In this document: piece after piece, positions 15,931 to 23,248 of the stretch
Layout of the letters: every line of letters starts with the position of its first letter
Position numbering within the stretch: position 1 is the first letter of the stretch
Translations under genes and position numbers: made by a program
The notes under the pieces: model-generated
Seen by the model: the letters and a program-made list of their open reading frames with translations, nothing else
Databases searched by the model: none
What the model was told of the DNA's origin: nothing
Origin: Sciscionella marina DSM 45152
GTDB lineage: Bacteria > Actinomycetota > Actinomycetes > Mycobacteriales > Pseudonocardiaceae
Length of the DNA stretch: 24,000 nt
NCBI RefSeq assembly: GCF_000379465.1
Contig: NZ_KB905382.1
Coordinates: forward strand, 144,190 to 168,189
Direction: 5' to 3'

Positions 15931-17516
15931 TGCGGCTGGATCTGTTGCTGCGCGGTGGTTTGCTCGTGGACGGCACCGGGGCACCGGCCCGTGAGGCCGA
16001 TATCGGGGTGCGCGCCGGGCGGCTGTGTTTCCCTGGTCCCGGTGCGGAGGCCGAACGGGTGCTGGATGTTCCCGGGCTGGCCGTGGCACCCGGTTTCATC
16101 GACGCGCACACCCATTCCGATGGGGCGAACCTGCTCGATCCGGCGCGACCCGAACTCACGCTCGCCCCGGTGCGCCAGGGCGTGACCACCGAGATCTGCG
16201 GCAACTGCGGATTCGGCATGTTCCCCGCCGGCGGTCCGGCCGCCGGGCAGATGCGTGCGCAGGCGCGGGTGGAGTTCGGCGGGGATGTGGGGGTGTTCGC
16301 GGATTTCCCGGCGTTCGCCGCGGGGCATGCGCGCGTACCGCGGAGCACCAATCTGAGCTCACTCGTCGGGCACGGCACGCTGCGCGCGAGCGTGCTCGGT
16401 TACGCCGACCGCCCGGCCGAAGCCGATGAGCTCGACCGGATGCGCGCCGCGCTGGACGCGGCACTGCGCGCCGGTGCGGCCGGGCTGTCCACCGGGCTGA
16501 TCTACCCGCCGGGAACCTACGCGGACACCGGGGAGGTGGTCGCTCTGGCCGAAATCGCCGCACGGCACGGAAAACCGTACGTGACCCATATGCGGGACGA
16601 GATGTCACAGGTGGAGACCGCGCTCGCGGAAGCGGTGGAGATCGCCGAACGAAGCGGTGCCGCGCTGCACGTCTCGCATCACAAGACGGCGGGGAAATTC
16701 GCCTGGGGCCGCACCGGGAAAACCCTGCCGCTGCTGGACGAACTGCGCGCGGGCGGCCTGGATGTGAGCTGCGATGTGTACCCGTACACCGCGGGCAGCA
16801 CCGGGCTGGCCGCGATGCTTCCGCCATGGGCCAGTGAGGGCGGAACGGCGGCACTGATCGAACGTCTCGGTGATCCGGAACAATTGGACCGGATGCGCGC
16901 GGGCATCGAGAACGGAGTTCCCGGCTGGGAGAACACCGTGGGAAACGGTGGCTGGGATCGGGTGGATATCGCCTGCGCGCCAAGCGAACCCGGAATCGAG
17001 GGGACCAGTCTCGCCGAGCTCGCCGCGCATCGGGGCACCGATCCGCTTTCCGTCGCGGCGAGCCTGCTGCGCGCCGACGGCGGGGCGGTGATGGTGATCA
17101 GTCATTCCATGCGCGAGGACGATGTGCAGCGGGTGCTGGCCAGTCCGCTGTCGGTGATCGGCTCGGACGGGGTGCCCAAACCCGGCCACCCGCACCCGCG
17201 GCTGGCCGGGACCTTTCCCCGAGTGCTCGGGCATTATCACCGCGAACTCGGGTTGTTCTCCCTGGAAACGGCCGTGCACAAGATGACGGGGGCCACCGCC
17301 GCTCGGTTCGGGCTCGCCGGGCGGGGAGTGCTCACCGAAGGGGCGCACGCGGATCTCATGGTGTTCGATCCGGAAACCATCATCGACCGGGCGAGCTACA
17401 CCGATCCGCTGCTCGCCCCGGACGGCGTGCACCACGTACTGGTCGGCGGAACCGAGGTGCTGCGCGCGGGAACGGACACCGGAGCGCGGCCCGGGCGGGT
17501 GCTCGCGAGCGAATAA
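15930..17516 (+). CDS. D-aminoacylase (N-acyl-D-amino-acid deacylase) family amidohydrolase
   Basis: The N-terminus [32 protein letters not shown]...PGFIDAHTHSD is the characteristic D-aminoacylase beta-sandwich plus HxH metal site. Length is about 528 aa with no signal peptide. The start overlaps the ATPase stop (TGATG). Confidence 0.85.
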   Translation: MRLDLLLRGGLLVDGTGAPAREADIGVRAGRLCFPGPGAEAERVLDVPGLAVAPGFIDAHTHSDGANLLDPARPELTLAPVRQGVTTEICGNCGFGMFPAGGPAAGQMRAQARVEFGGDVGVFADFPAFAAGHARVPRSTNLSSLVGHGTLRASVLGYADRPAEADELDRMRAALDAALRAGAAGLSTGLIYPPGTYADTGEVVALAEIAARHGKPYVTHMRDEMSQVETALAEAVEIAERSGAALHVSHHKTAGKFAWGRTGKTLPLLDELRAGGLDVSCDVYPYTAGSTGLAAMLPPWASEGGTAALIERLGDPEQLDRMRAGIENGVPGWENTVGNGGWDRVDIACAPSEPGIEGTSLAELAAHRGTDPLSVAASLLRADGGAVMVISHSMREDDVQRVLASPLSVIGSDGVPKPGHPHPRLAGTFPRVLGHYHRELGLFSLETAVHKMTGATAARFGLAGRGVLTEGAHADLMVFDPETIIDRASYTDPLLAPDGVHHVLVGGTEVLRAGTDTGARPGRVLASE

Positions 17517-17571
17517 TGGAAATTATGCGCCATAAGGGATCGGATACTGTTTCGCGGAGCGGGGCCACCGG

Positions 17572-18390
17572 ATGAGCACCGACTTCGACAGACTGGACAC
17601 GGCGGTGCAGGCCATCGAACGGCGCGGACCGGAAACGCTCGCGGTCGCGGTGCACGGGCCCGGTGAACGCGGGTACGGGCACCACGAACACACCGAGCTT
17701 CCGCTGGCGAGCGCGGGCAAACTCGCTCTGCTCGCCGAGCTGGGCAGGACGATCGAACAGGGCGAGCGCGCGGAAACCACGCCGGTACCGATCGAACCCG
17801 AGGACCACTGCGGGGGAACCGGGCTGCTCCAGCACCTCGCCGCGGACACGTACAGCCTCGGCGATCTCGCCCTGTTCACCGCAGCGGTGAGCGACAACAT
17901 CGCCACCAACGCGCTGCTGCGGGTGCTCGGTATCGAGGCGGTGAACCGGACCGCGGACCGGCTCGGGCTCACCGCGACCAGGTTGCTGGACCGGATCCGG
18001 GATGTGCGTGGTCCGGGGACCGCGCCGACCTTCGCGCTCGGTACCGCGGCCGATCTGGCACTGCTGGCCGCGCGGGTGGCCGAGAACGGGTTCCCCGGAG
18101 CGGCGCGGTTGCTGCGCTGGATGCGCACGAACACCGATCACGATCTCGTTCCCGCGCTGTTGCCGCACGATCCGTACCAGGAGCGCCCGTTCCCGGGTAT
18201 CATCTGGATCGCGAACAAGACCGGGACCGATGACGGGGTGCGTGCCGATGTCGGTGTGATGCACAGTGCCAATCGCATCGCCTATGCGGTGCTGGCCGTC
18301 GGGGAACCGGGCACCGAGCCGGGATTGGTGGCCGCGGCGCGCCAGACCGGGCTCGCGATCGCCCGGCACGCCGCGGGATGGGTGGGCTGA
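17572..18390 (+). CDS. Class-A beta-lactamase-fold serine hydrolase, cytoplasmic (no signal peptide)
   Basis: SxxK (LASAGKLALL), SDN (AAVSDNIATNALL) and KTG (ANKTGTDDGVRADVGV) occur in the correct order and spacing. I could not see a clear omega-loop ExxLN element. The N-terminus MSTDFDRLDTAVQAIERRG is hydrophilic, so export is unlikely. Confidence 0.8.
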   Translation: MSTDFDRLDTAVQAIERRGPETLAVAVHGPGERGYGHHEHTELPLASAGKLALLAELGRTIEQGERAETTPVPIEPEDHCGGTGLLQHLAADTYSLGDLALFTAAVSDNIATNALLRVLGIEAVNRTADRLGLTATRLLDRIRDVRGPGTAPTFALGTAADLALLAARVAENGFPGAARLLRWMRTNTDHDLVPALLPHDPYQERPFPGIIWIANKTGTDDGVRADVGVMHSANRIAYAVLAVGEPGTEPGLVAAARQTGLAIARHAAGWVG

Positions 18391-18397
18391 CGCAGAA

Positions 18398-18429
18398 CGG
18401 CGCCGCAACGGTTTCCCGTTGCGGCGCCG
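18398..18429. terminator. Bidirectional intrinsic-terminator-like hairpin between the convergent serine hydrolase and rpf genes
   Basis: A 14-bp perfect GC-rich stem (CGGCGCCGCAACGG at 18398-18411, CCGTTGCGGCGCCG at 18416-18429) with the 4-nt loop TTTC. It lies 8 nt after the + stop and 17 nt after the - stop. There is no long U tract, which is common in actinomycetes. Confidence 0.7.
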
Positions 18430-18445
18430 CAGGCGAAGAACGCGC

Positions 18446-19096
18446 TTACTTGGTCTCGAGCTTCTGCCCGGGGAACAAGTTGTTGGCACTGGTGAGCGTG
18501 TCCTTGTTGAGCTTGTAGAGCTGCGACCAGCCGCCCTTGACGCCCTTCTCCGTGGCGATCTTGGACAGGGTGTCGCCCGGGGCCACCGTGTAGTCGCCGT
18601 GCCCGGTCTTGACGGTGGTCGTCGTGCTCGCCTTGGCCTTGCTGGAGCTGGAGCTGGAGCTCGACGAGTGGCTGGAGGAGGAGCTGTACTTCTTGCTGCT
18701 GTAGGAGGAGCTGTGGCTGCTCTTGTAGCTCGACGAGGAGCTGGAGCTGCTCGAGGAGCTGCCGCCCTTGCTGCCGCAGTTCGGCCAGGCGCCCATCCCC
18801 TGGGAGGCCTTCACGTTCTCGGCCACGCGGATCTGCTCGGAGCGCGAGGCGCCCTGCGGGCTTCCGCTGCCGCCGTTGGCCTTCCAAGTGCTCGGGGTGA
18901 ACTGCAGACCACCGGAGAAACCGTTGCCGGTGTTCGTGCTCCAGTTGCCGCCGCTCTCGCACTGCGCGACCGAGTCCCAGTTGGTCGCGCTCGCCGGGAC
19001 GGAAATGGCGACCGACGGAATGCCGATGACGGCGGCGGCGATGCCGATCTTGGCGATGTGCTTGACCACGGAAGAGTGCTTGCGGTGAGTAGACAT
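18446..19096 (-). CDS. rpf: Resuscitation-promoting factor: signal peptide + Rpf transglycosylase-like domain + Ser-rich linker + C-terminal LysM
   Basis: Rpf core NWDSVAQCESGGNWSTNTGNGFSGGLQFTPSTW...AWPNCG includes the catalytic CESGG Glu. C-terminal LysM: YTVAPGDTLSKIATEKGV...LYKLNKDTL...LFPGQKL. Start taken as ATG 19096 (MSTHRKHSSVVKHIAKIGIAAAVIG), 11-12 nt after AGGTGAT. The track's TTG at 19108 abuts the SD and is rejected. Confidence 0.92.
   Translation of the reverse strand: MSTHRKHSSVVKHIAKIGIAAAVIGIPSVAISVPASATNWDSVAQCESGGNWSTNTGNGFSGGLQFTPSTWKANGGSGSPQGASRSEQIRVAENVKASQGMGAWPNCGSKGGSSSSSSSSSSSYKSSHSSSYSSKKYSSSSSHSSSSSSSSSKAKASTTTTVKTGHGDYTVAPGDTLSKIATEKGVKGGWSQLYKLNKDTLTSANNLFPGQKLETK
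18641..18760 (-). repeat. Low-complexity Ser-rich coding repeat (linker of Rpf) built from reiterated GCTGGA/GGAGCT units
   Basis: Read directly. The + strand reads gctggagctggagctggagctcgacgag...ggagctggagctgctcgaggagct. This encodes SSSSSSSSSSSYKSSHSSSYSSKKYSSSSSHSSSSSSSSS using AGC/TCC/TCG codons. Confidence 0.8.
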
Positions 19097-19108
19097 ATTT
19101 CTGCTCAA

Positions 19109-19330
19109 TCACCTACCGCGCCATCGAGCGCGTACGTCTCGCCCTGCCCGGTAGCGGCCAATCGCTCGGGGTTTATTCCGAGTGTCCATCGGGCAGGGGT
19201 GGCGCTTGGACACTCGGGGCCGTATCCGCTGCTAGCGGACCGACCAGAAGCGACGGTACGCAACGAATCGGTAAACGAAAGGGGTCCGGCCATGTAACCG
19301 TCGTCACGGTAACGGTGAAACGGGTGACGC
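19109..19330 (-). promoter_or_regulatory. Long structured 5' leader of rpf (riboswitch-like nested helices plus pseudoknot); class unresolved
   Basis: Complementarities on the minus-strand RNA, checked by hand. (1) Outer helix UUACCG (19274-19269) with CGGUAG (19118-19113), including one G-U pair and abutting SD AGGUGA (19114-19109). (2) GCGUACCGUC (19261-19252) with GACGUACGC (19138-19130), one bulge. (3) An 11-bp perfect hairpin, CCGAGUGUCCA (19217-19207) with UGGACACUCGG (19188-19178). (4) Its loop CCCUGCCCG (19198-19190) is complementary to CGGGCAGGG (19150-19142), an H-type pseudoknot. (5) A small hairpin UCCGCU/AGCGGA (19239-19225). (6) Duplicated CCCCGAG and CCGCUA boxes allow alternative pairings. 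Further hairpins lie at 19293-19330. Confidence 0.45.
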
Positions 19331-19488
19331 GATGGGCACATTTATCCTGGTCATAGAAACATAATCGAGTAGTTACCGTTTCGAGATTGAATATCGCCTA
19401 CGAGACCCGTATCACACGCCTTTCACCTGAATGATGTTTGCCATGGTCAACAGTCTGCCGGTAAGTCGTTTTCCGCGGGTCCGCAGGC

Positions 19489-20412
19489 TCAGGGCAGCAG
19501 CCGTTCCAGGGAGTCGCGCATCGCGGCCGCGCTGGCCCGCAGGTGCGCGGCGAACGGGCGCAGCGCCGGGTTCGGGTTCGTCGGCCGCACGGCGACCCCG
19601 ACCGTGCGCTGGAGTCCCCGGTTCTCGATTGCACAGGTGTGCACCCCGGCCGCGTCCTGCATGCCGAGGCAGGGCACGACCGCGACCCCGAGGCCGGCGC
19701 GCACCAGTCCGATGGTGACGTCGTAGTAGTCGCTGCGGCAGCGGATCCGCGGGGTGAACCCGGCGACCGCGCAGGCCCGTTCGAACACCGAGACCGAGGT
19801 GTCCGCGCCGAAGGTGGTGATCCACGCTTCCCCGGACAGTTCGGACAGCCGCACCTTCGCGCGGCCCGCCACCCGGTGTCCCTGCGGGACCACGAGCATC
19901 TGCGGCTCGGTGAGCAACGGGGTCACCTCGACCGAATCGGGCAGGTGTCGGGGTTCCAGCGCGTGTTCGAAGACCACCAGCGCATCGAGGGTTCCACCGG
20001 CCAGTTCGGGGAGGAGTTCGTGCGGCTGACCGAGGCGCAGGTCCAGTTCCACTCCCGGATGTCGTTCGCTGAACCGGGAAAGGGCGAGCGGCACCAGCCG
20101 GTAACCCGCCGAGCCGAAGAACCCGATGCGCAACCGTCCCTGGTCCACCCGGGCCTGCACGCGCAGGTCCTGCTCGGCCGAGGCGACCAGATCGAGCACT
20201 TCCTGGGCGCGCCTGGCGAGCTGGGCGCCCGCCTCGGTGAACCGCAGCCGCTGCGCGCCGCGTTCGACGAGGCCGACGCCCGTTTCCTGCTCGAGTTTCG
20301 CCAGCTGGTGCGAAACCGCGGACGGGGAGAGCTCCAGTTCGCGTGCCGCGCCCGCGATGCTGCCCGCGCGGAACACTTCGAGCAGGACCCGCAACCGCAC
20401 ATTGCTCAACAT
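19489..20412 (-). CDS. LysR-family transcriptional regulator
   Basis: 307 aa. The N-terminal HTH reads MLSNVRLRVLLEVFRAGSIAGAARELELSPSAVSHQLAKLEQETGVGLVERGAQRLRFTEAG, followed by a LysR substrate-binding domain. Confidence 0.9.
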   Translation of the reverse strand: MLSNVRLRVLLEVFRAGSIAGAARELELSPSAVSHQLAKLEQETGVGLVERGAQRLRFTEAGAQLARRAQEVLDLVASAEQDLRVQARVDQGRLRIGFFGSAGYRLVPLALSRFSERHPGVELDLRLGQPHELLPELAGGTLDALVVFEHALEPRHLPDSVEVTPLLTEPQMLVVPQGHRVAGRAKVRLSELSGEAWITTFGADTSVSVFERACAVAGFTPRIRCRSDYYDVTIGLVRAGLGVAVVPCLGMQDAAGVHTCAIENRGLQRTVGVAVRPTNPNPALRPFAAHLRASAAAMRDSLERLLP

Positions 20413-20426
20413 CGTCGGATTATGAC

Positions 20427-21677
20427 TCAGAAACGCAGCGCGGCCAGCCGTTCACGGTCCTGTACCACCCGCGGCCCCGTTTCCGGGTCGAGCAGCACCT
20501 TCGGCGCGCGCGGCCGTCCGTTGTAGGTGGTCTCCAGCACCGAGGAGTAGGCCCCGGCCATGCCGATGAGCACCAGATCGCCCCGGTGCAGCGAGGGCAG
20601 TTCGTAGTGCCCGATCCGGTCGGCGGATTCGCAGACCGGGCCGTGCAGCTCGGTGGGGAGCACGGGAGCGTCCGGTGCGGTGAGCGCGCGCACCGGATGC
20701 CGGGCGCCGTAGAGGGCGGGCCGGACGAGTTCGGTCATCCCGGTGTCCAGCACGACCTGTTGTGTGCCACCGAGATCGCGCACGTGCAACACCGAGGCGA
20801 GCAGTGATCCGGCCTCGGCGACCAAGGTCCTTCCCGGTTCGATGGCGCATCGTGCGGGTAGCGTCCGGTCCGCGAGCACGGCGGCGAAGTGCCCGGCCGA
20901 TGGACCGGCCTCGGACGGTGCGTCGATGGACGGTGCGTCGATGGACGGGAAGCCGCCGCCGAAATCCACCGTGTCCGCCCCGGAATGCTTGGCCCGCACC
21001 AGATCGAGCGTCTCCAGTGCGGCGAGCGCGCCATCCCGCCACGCGGTGACCTCGCCGAGCTGCGAGCCGACGTGCACGTGCACCCCGCGCACCCGGATTC
21101 CGGTGCCCGCGAACGGATCCGTGTGGAGCAGGGTGCGCAATTCCGCCCCGCGCAGGCCGAATTTGCTCTCCGCGCTGCCGACCGCGAGCCCGGCATGGGT
21201 TTCCGGGCGCACCGCGGGATTGATCCGCAGCAGCACGTCCAGTGGAACCGGCCCGCACAGTTGCGCGCAGCGGCGCGCCTCGTCCAGGGTTTCCAGGCTC
21301 ACCCAGCGCAGCGGATCCCCGTCCCTGGCCGCCGCGATGGCCGCGCGCAGTTCGGTATCGGTCTTGCCGATGCCCTCCATGGTGGTCTCCGTGTTCGGTA
21401 CCCCGGCCCGGCGCGCGGCCTCCCATTCCCCGAGCGAGACCACGTTCGCGCCCCAGCCCCTGGCGTGCAGCCGGGAGACGACCTCAGGGAGGGGATTCGC
21501 CTTGAGCGAGTACGAACGGATCCACTGCTCGCCGAACGCACGGGTGGCGGCATCGGCGGCGGCATCGATGGCGGTCGGGTCTAGCACATAGGCCGGGGTG
21601 CCGATGGCCTCGGCGAGCTGCGGGTACGGCGGGTGCTCCGGGGCTACGCTGGCCACCGGCAGAACAGAGGACGTCAC
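20427..21677 (-). CDS. Fold-type-III PLP-dependent decarboxylase (diaminopimelate/ornithine decarboxylase family, LysA-like)
   Basis: 416 aa with a GTG start at 21677. It has the PLP-lysine motif SYSLKANP, plus HVHVGSQ, DFGGGFP, EPGR, CESAD and GAYSS in the canonical order of group IV decarboxylases. Substrate cannot be assigned from sequence alone. Confidence 0.88.
   Translation of the reverse strand: MTSSVLPVASVAPEHPPYPQLAEAIGTPAYVLDPTAIDAAADAATRAFGEQWIRSYSLKANPLPEVVSRLHARGWGANVVSLGEWEAARRAGVPNTETTMEGIGKTDTELRAAIAAARDGDPLRWVSLETLDEARRCAQLCGPVPLDVLLRINPAVRPETHAGLAVGSAESKFGLRGAELRTLLHTDPFAGTGIRVRGVHVHVGSQLGEVTAWRDGALAALETLDLVRAKHSGADTVDFGGGFPSIDAPSIDAPSEAGPSAGHFAAVLADRTLPARCAIEPGRTLVAEAGSLLASVLHVRDLGGTQQVVLDTGMTELVRPALYGARHPVRALTAPDAPVLPTELHGPVCESADRIGHYELPSLHRGDLVLIGMAGAYSSVLETTYNGRPRAPKVLLDPETGPRVVQDRERLAALRF
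20913..20948. repeat. Perfect 15-bp tandem duplication (about 2.4 copies) inside the decarboxylase gene, in frame
   Basis: Read directly. GGACGGTGCGTCGAT occupies 20913-20927 and again 20928-20942, followed by the partial copy GGACGG (20943-20948). It encodes the duplicated pentapeptide in ...GGGFPSIDAPSIDAPSEAG... Confidence 0.9.
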
Positions 21678-21697
21678 GAGAGAGACTGTATCACTTC

Positions 21698-22597
21698 ATG
21701 CAGAAATCAGGCGATAATGAAGATGCTGTTACAAGTGAATCAGGCGTGTTCGAGGAGATCCGCGCCCGGCTCGGTGAGTTCTCCCCTGCCGAGAAGCGGG
21801 TGGCGATCGCGCTGCTGGACAACGCGGAGACCTTCGGGCTGACCTCATCGGGAGAGCTCGCCCGGGCGATCGGGGTGACCGCGCCGACCGTGATCCGGTT
21901 CGTGCGCAGGCTCGGCCACCAGACCTACGCCGAGTTCCAGGAAGTCTTGCGGGGCACGGTATCCGGGCGGATCGCCTCGCCCGCCGAGATGTATCAGCGC
22001 TACACCCCGAGCGGGCAGGGCGATTCGGGGCAGCGGCTGCGCACCTACGCCGGGGAGTTGAGCGAGGCCGTCGCGAGCACCCTCGCCGGTCTGCCCGCGC
22101 GGCAGTACGAAGCGGCGATCGAACTGCTCGCCGACCGCAAACGGCGGGTGTACGCCGTCGGTGGCTGGTTCAGCGATCTGCTCGCGCAGGCGTTCATCGC
22201 GCTGCTGCAACAGGTTCGCAAGGACACCAGGCACATCGAGCCCGATCCGCGCACCAGGGTCGGCATACTCGTGGACCTCAAGGGCAGCGATGTGCTGTGC
22301 GTGTTCGACTACGCCCGGCACGAGGGCATGACCCGCCAGCTCGCCGCGGACGCCAAGCAGCGGGGCTGCAAGCTGATCCTGTTCAGCGATGTGCCGCTGT
22401 CCCCGGTGGCCCAGCTGGCCGATGTCGTGCTGCCCTCGCGCAGCGCGGTACCGACCGCCGTCGAATCGATCATCCCCGCCATGGCCGTGGTGGACGCGCT
22501 GGTCTCCGGGGTGCTCGAGCGCTCGCCCGAAGTGCAGGCCCGGATGCGGCAGTTCACCGAGACGAGTGCGCACCTCGTCGAGGGGTGGACGAGTTAG
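21698..22597 (+). CDS. RpiR/MurR-family transcriptional regulator (HTH_6 + SIS sugar-phosphate-binding domain)
   Basis: The N-terminal element EKRVAIALLDNAETFGLTSSGELARAIGVTAPTVIRFVRRLGHQTYAEFQ is the RpiR HTH. The C-terminal half resembles a SIS fold (RRVYAVGGWFSDLLAQAF...DVLCVFDYARHEG...KLILFSD). Start uncertain between ATG 21698 and in-frame GTG 21746. Confidence 0.88.
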   Translation: MQKSGDNEDAVTSESGVFEEIRARLGEFSPAEKRVAIALLDNAETFGLTSSGELARAIGVTAPTVIRFVRRLGHQTYAEFQEVLRGTVSGRIASPAEMYQRYTPSGQGDSGQRLRTYAGELSEAVASTLAGLPARQYEAAIELLADRKRRVYAVGGWFSDLLAQAFIALLQQVRKDTRHIEPDPRTRVGILVDLKGSDVLCVFDYARHEGMTRQLAADAKQRGCKLILFSDVPLSPVAQLADVVLPSRSAVPTAVESIIPAMAVVDALVSGVLERSPEVQARMRQFTETSAHLVEGWTS

Positions 22598-23232
22598 CCG
22601 GTCAGCCCGCGCAGCACCGTGTCGTGGAAGCCGATCATGCAGGAGGTCAACTCCTCGATGTCTTCGGGATCGTCCGGTTCCTGCTCGTGCAGCCAATCGG
22701 CGAGGATGTCGAACAAGCCGCCGATCAGCCCGATCGTGACGGTTCGGGTCCGATGCTCGTCGAGTTCCACCCCGGCCCGCTGCCACGCGGCCTCCACGAG
22801 GATGGCGGCGTTGCGCCGGTTCTTCCGGCGTTCCCGTTCCACCGCGGTCGAGATCGCCGCCGCTTCGCCGAAGGCCACCTTGAGCACCCGTACATCGCTG
22901 ACAAGGCCGCGGGTGAACGTGGCGATCAGGTCCGGTAGCGCGAACCGGTCGGCGGCCATGGTCTCCAGTCCGGCGCGCACCTGCTCGAAGAGGTTCGCCG
23001 TGACATGGCGGAACAGGTCGAGGTAACAAGCCTCCTTGTTCTCGAAAAGCTCGTAGAACCCTTTGGTGCCGACATAGGCGCGCTGGCAGATCTCCTCGAT
23101 CGAGGTCCCGTAGTAGCCCTGGTCCGCGAACAGGTCGAGTGCCGCCGCGCGCAAGTCGGCGTGCCGTTGAGCCCTTCGCTGCTCGGCATCCCGCCCGCGC
23201 ACCGTGCGCGTGTTCCGCTTGGTCGTGCTCAT
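22594..23232 (-). CDS. TetR-family transcriptional regulator
   Basis: 212 aa. The HTH region reads RAAALDLFADQGYYGTSIEEICQRAYVGTKGFYELFENKEACYLDLF. Its stop overlaps the RpiR stop by 4 bp (TTAG, 22594-22597). Confidence 0.9.
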   Translation of the reverse strand: MSTTKRNTRTVRGRDAEQRRAQRHADLRAAALDLFADQGYYGTSIEEICQRAYVGTKGFYELFENKEACYLDLFRHVTANLFEQVRAGLETMAADRFALPDLIATFTRGLVSDVRVLKVAFGEAAAISTAVERERRKNRRNAAILVEAAWQRAGVELDEHRTRTVTIGLIGGLFDILADWLHEQEPDDPEDIEELTSCMIGFHDTVLRGLTG

Positions 23233-23248
23233 CCCACCGATCCTAGAG

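Noticed and set aside
19106-19108. TTG at 19108 as the rpf start codon (track ORF start).
   Set aside because: It directly abuts the AGGTGAT Shine-Dalgarno sequence with zero spacing. ATG 19096 has workable spacing and gives a normal signal peptide.
19109-19274. Straight annotation of the rpf leader as a ydaO-class c-di-AMP riboswitch.
   Set aside because: The genomic context fits, but I cannot find the conserved core strings of that class by eye. I keep it as an unclassified structured leader until a covariance-model search is run.
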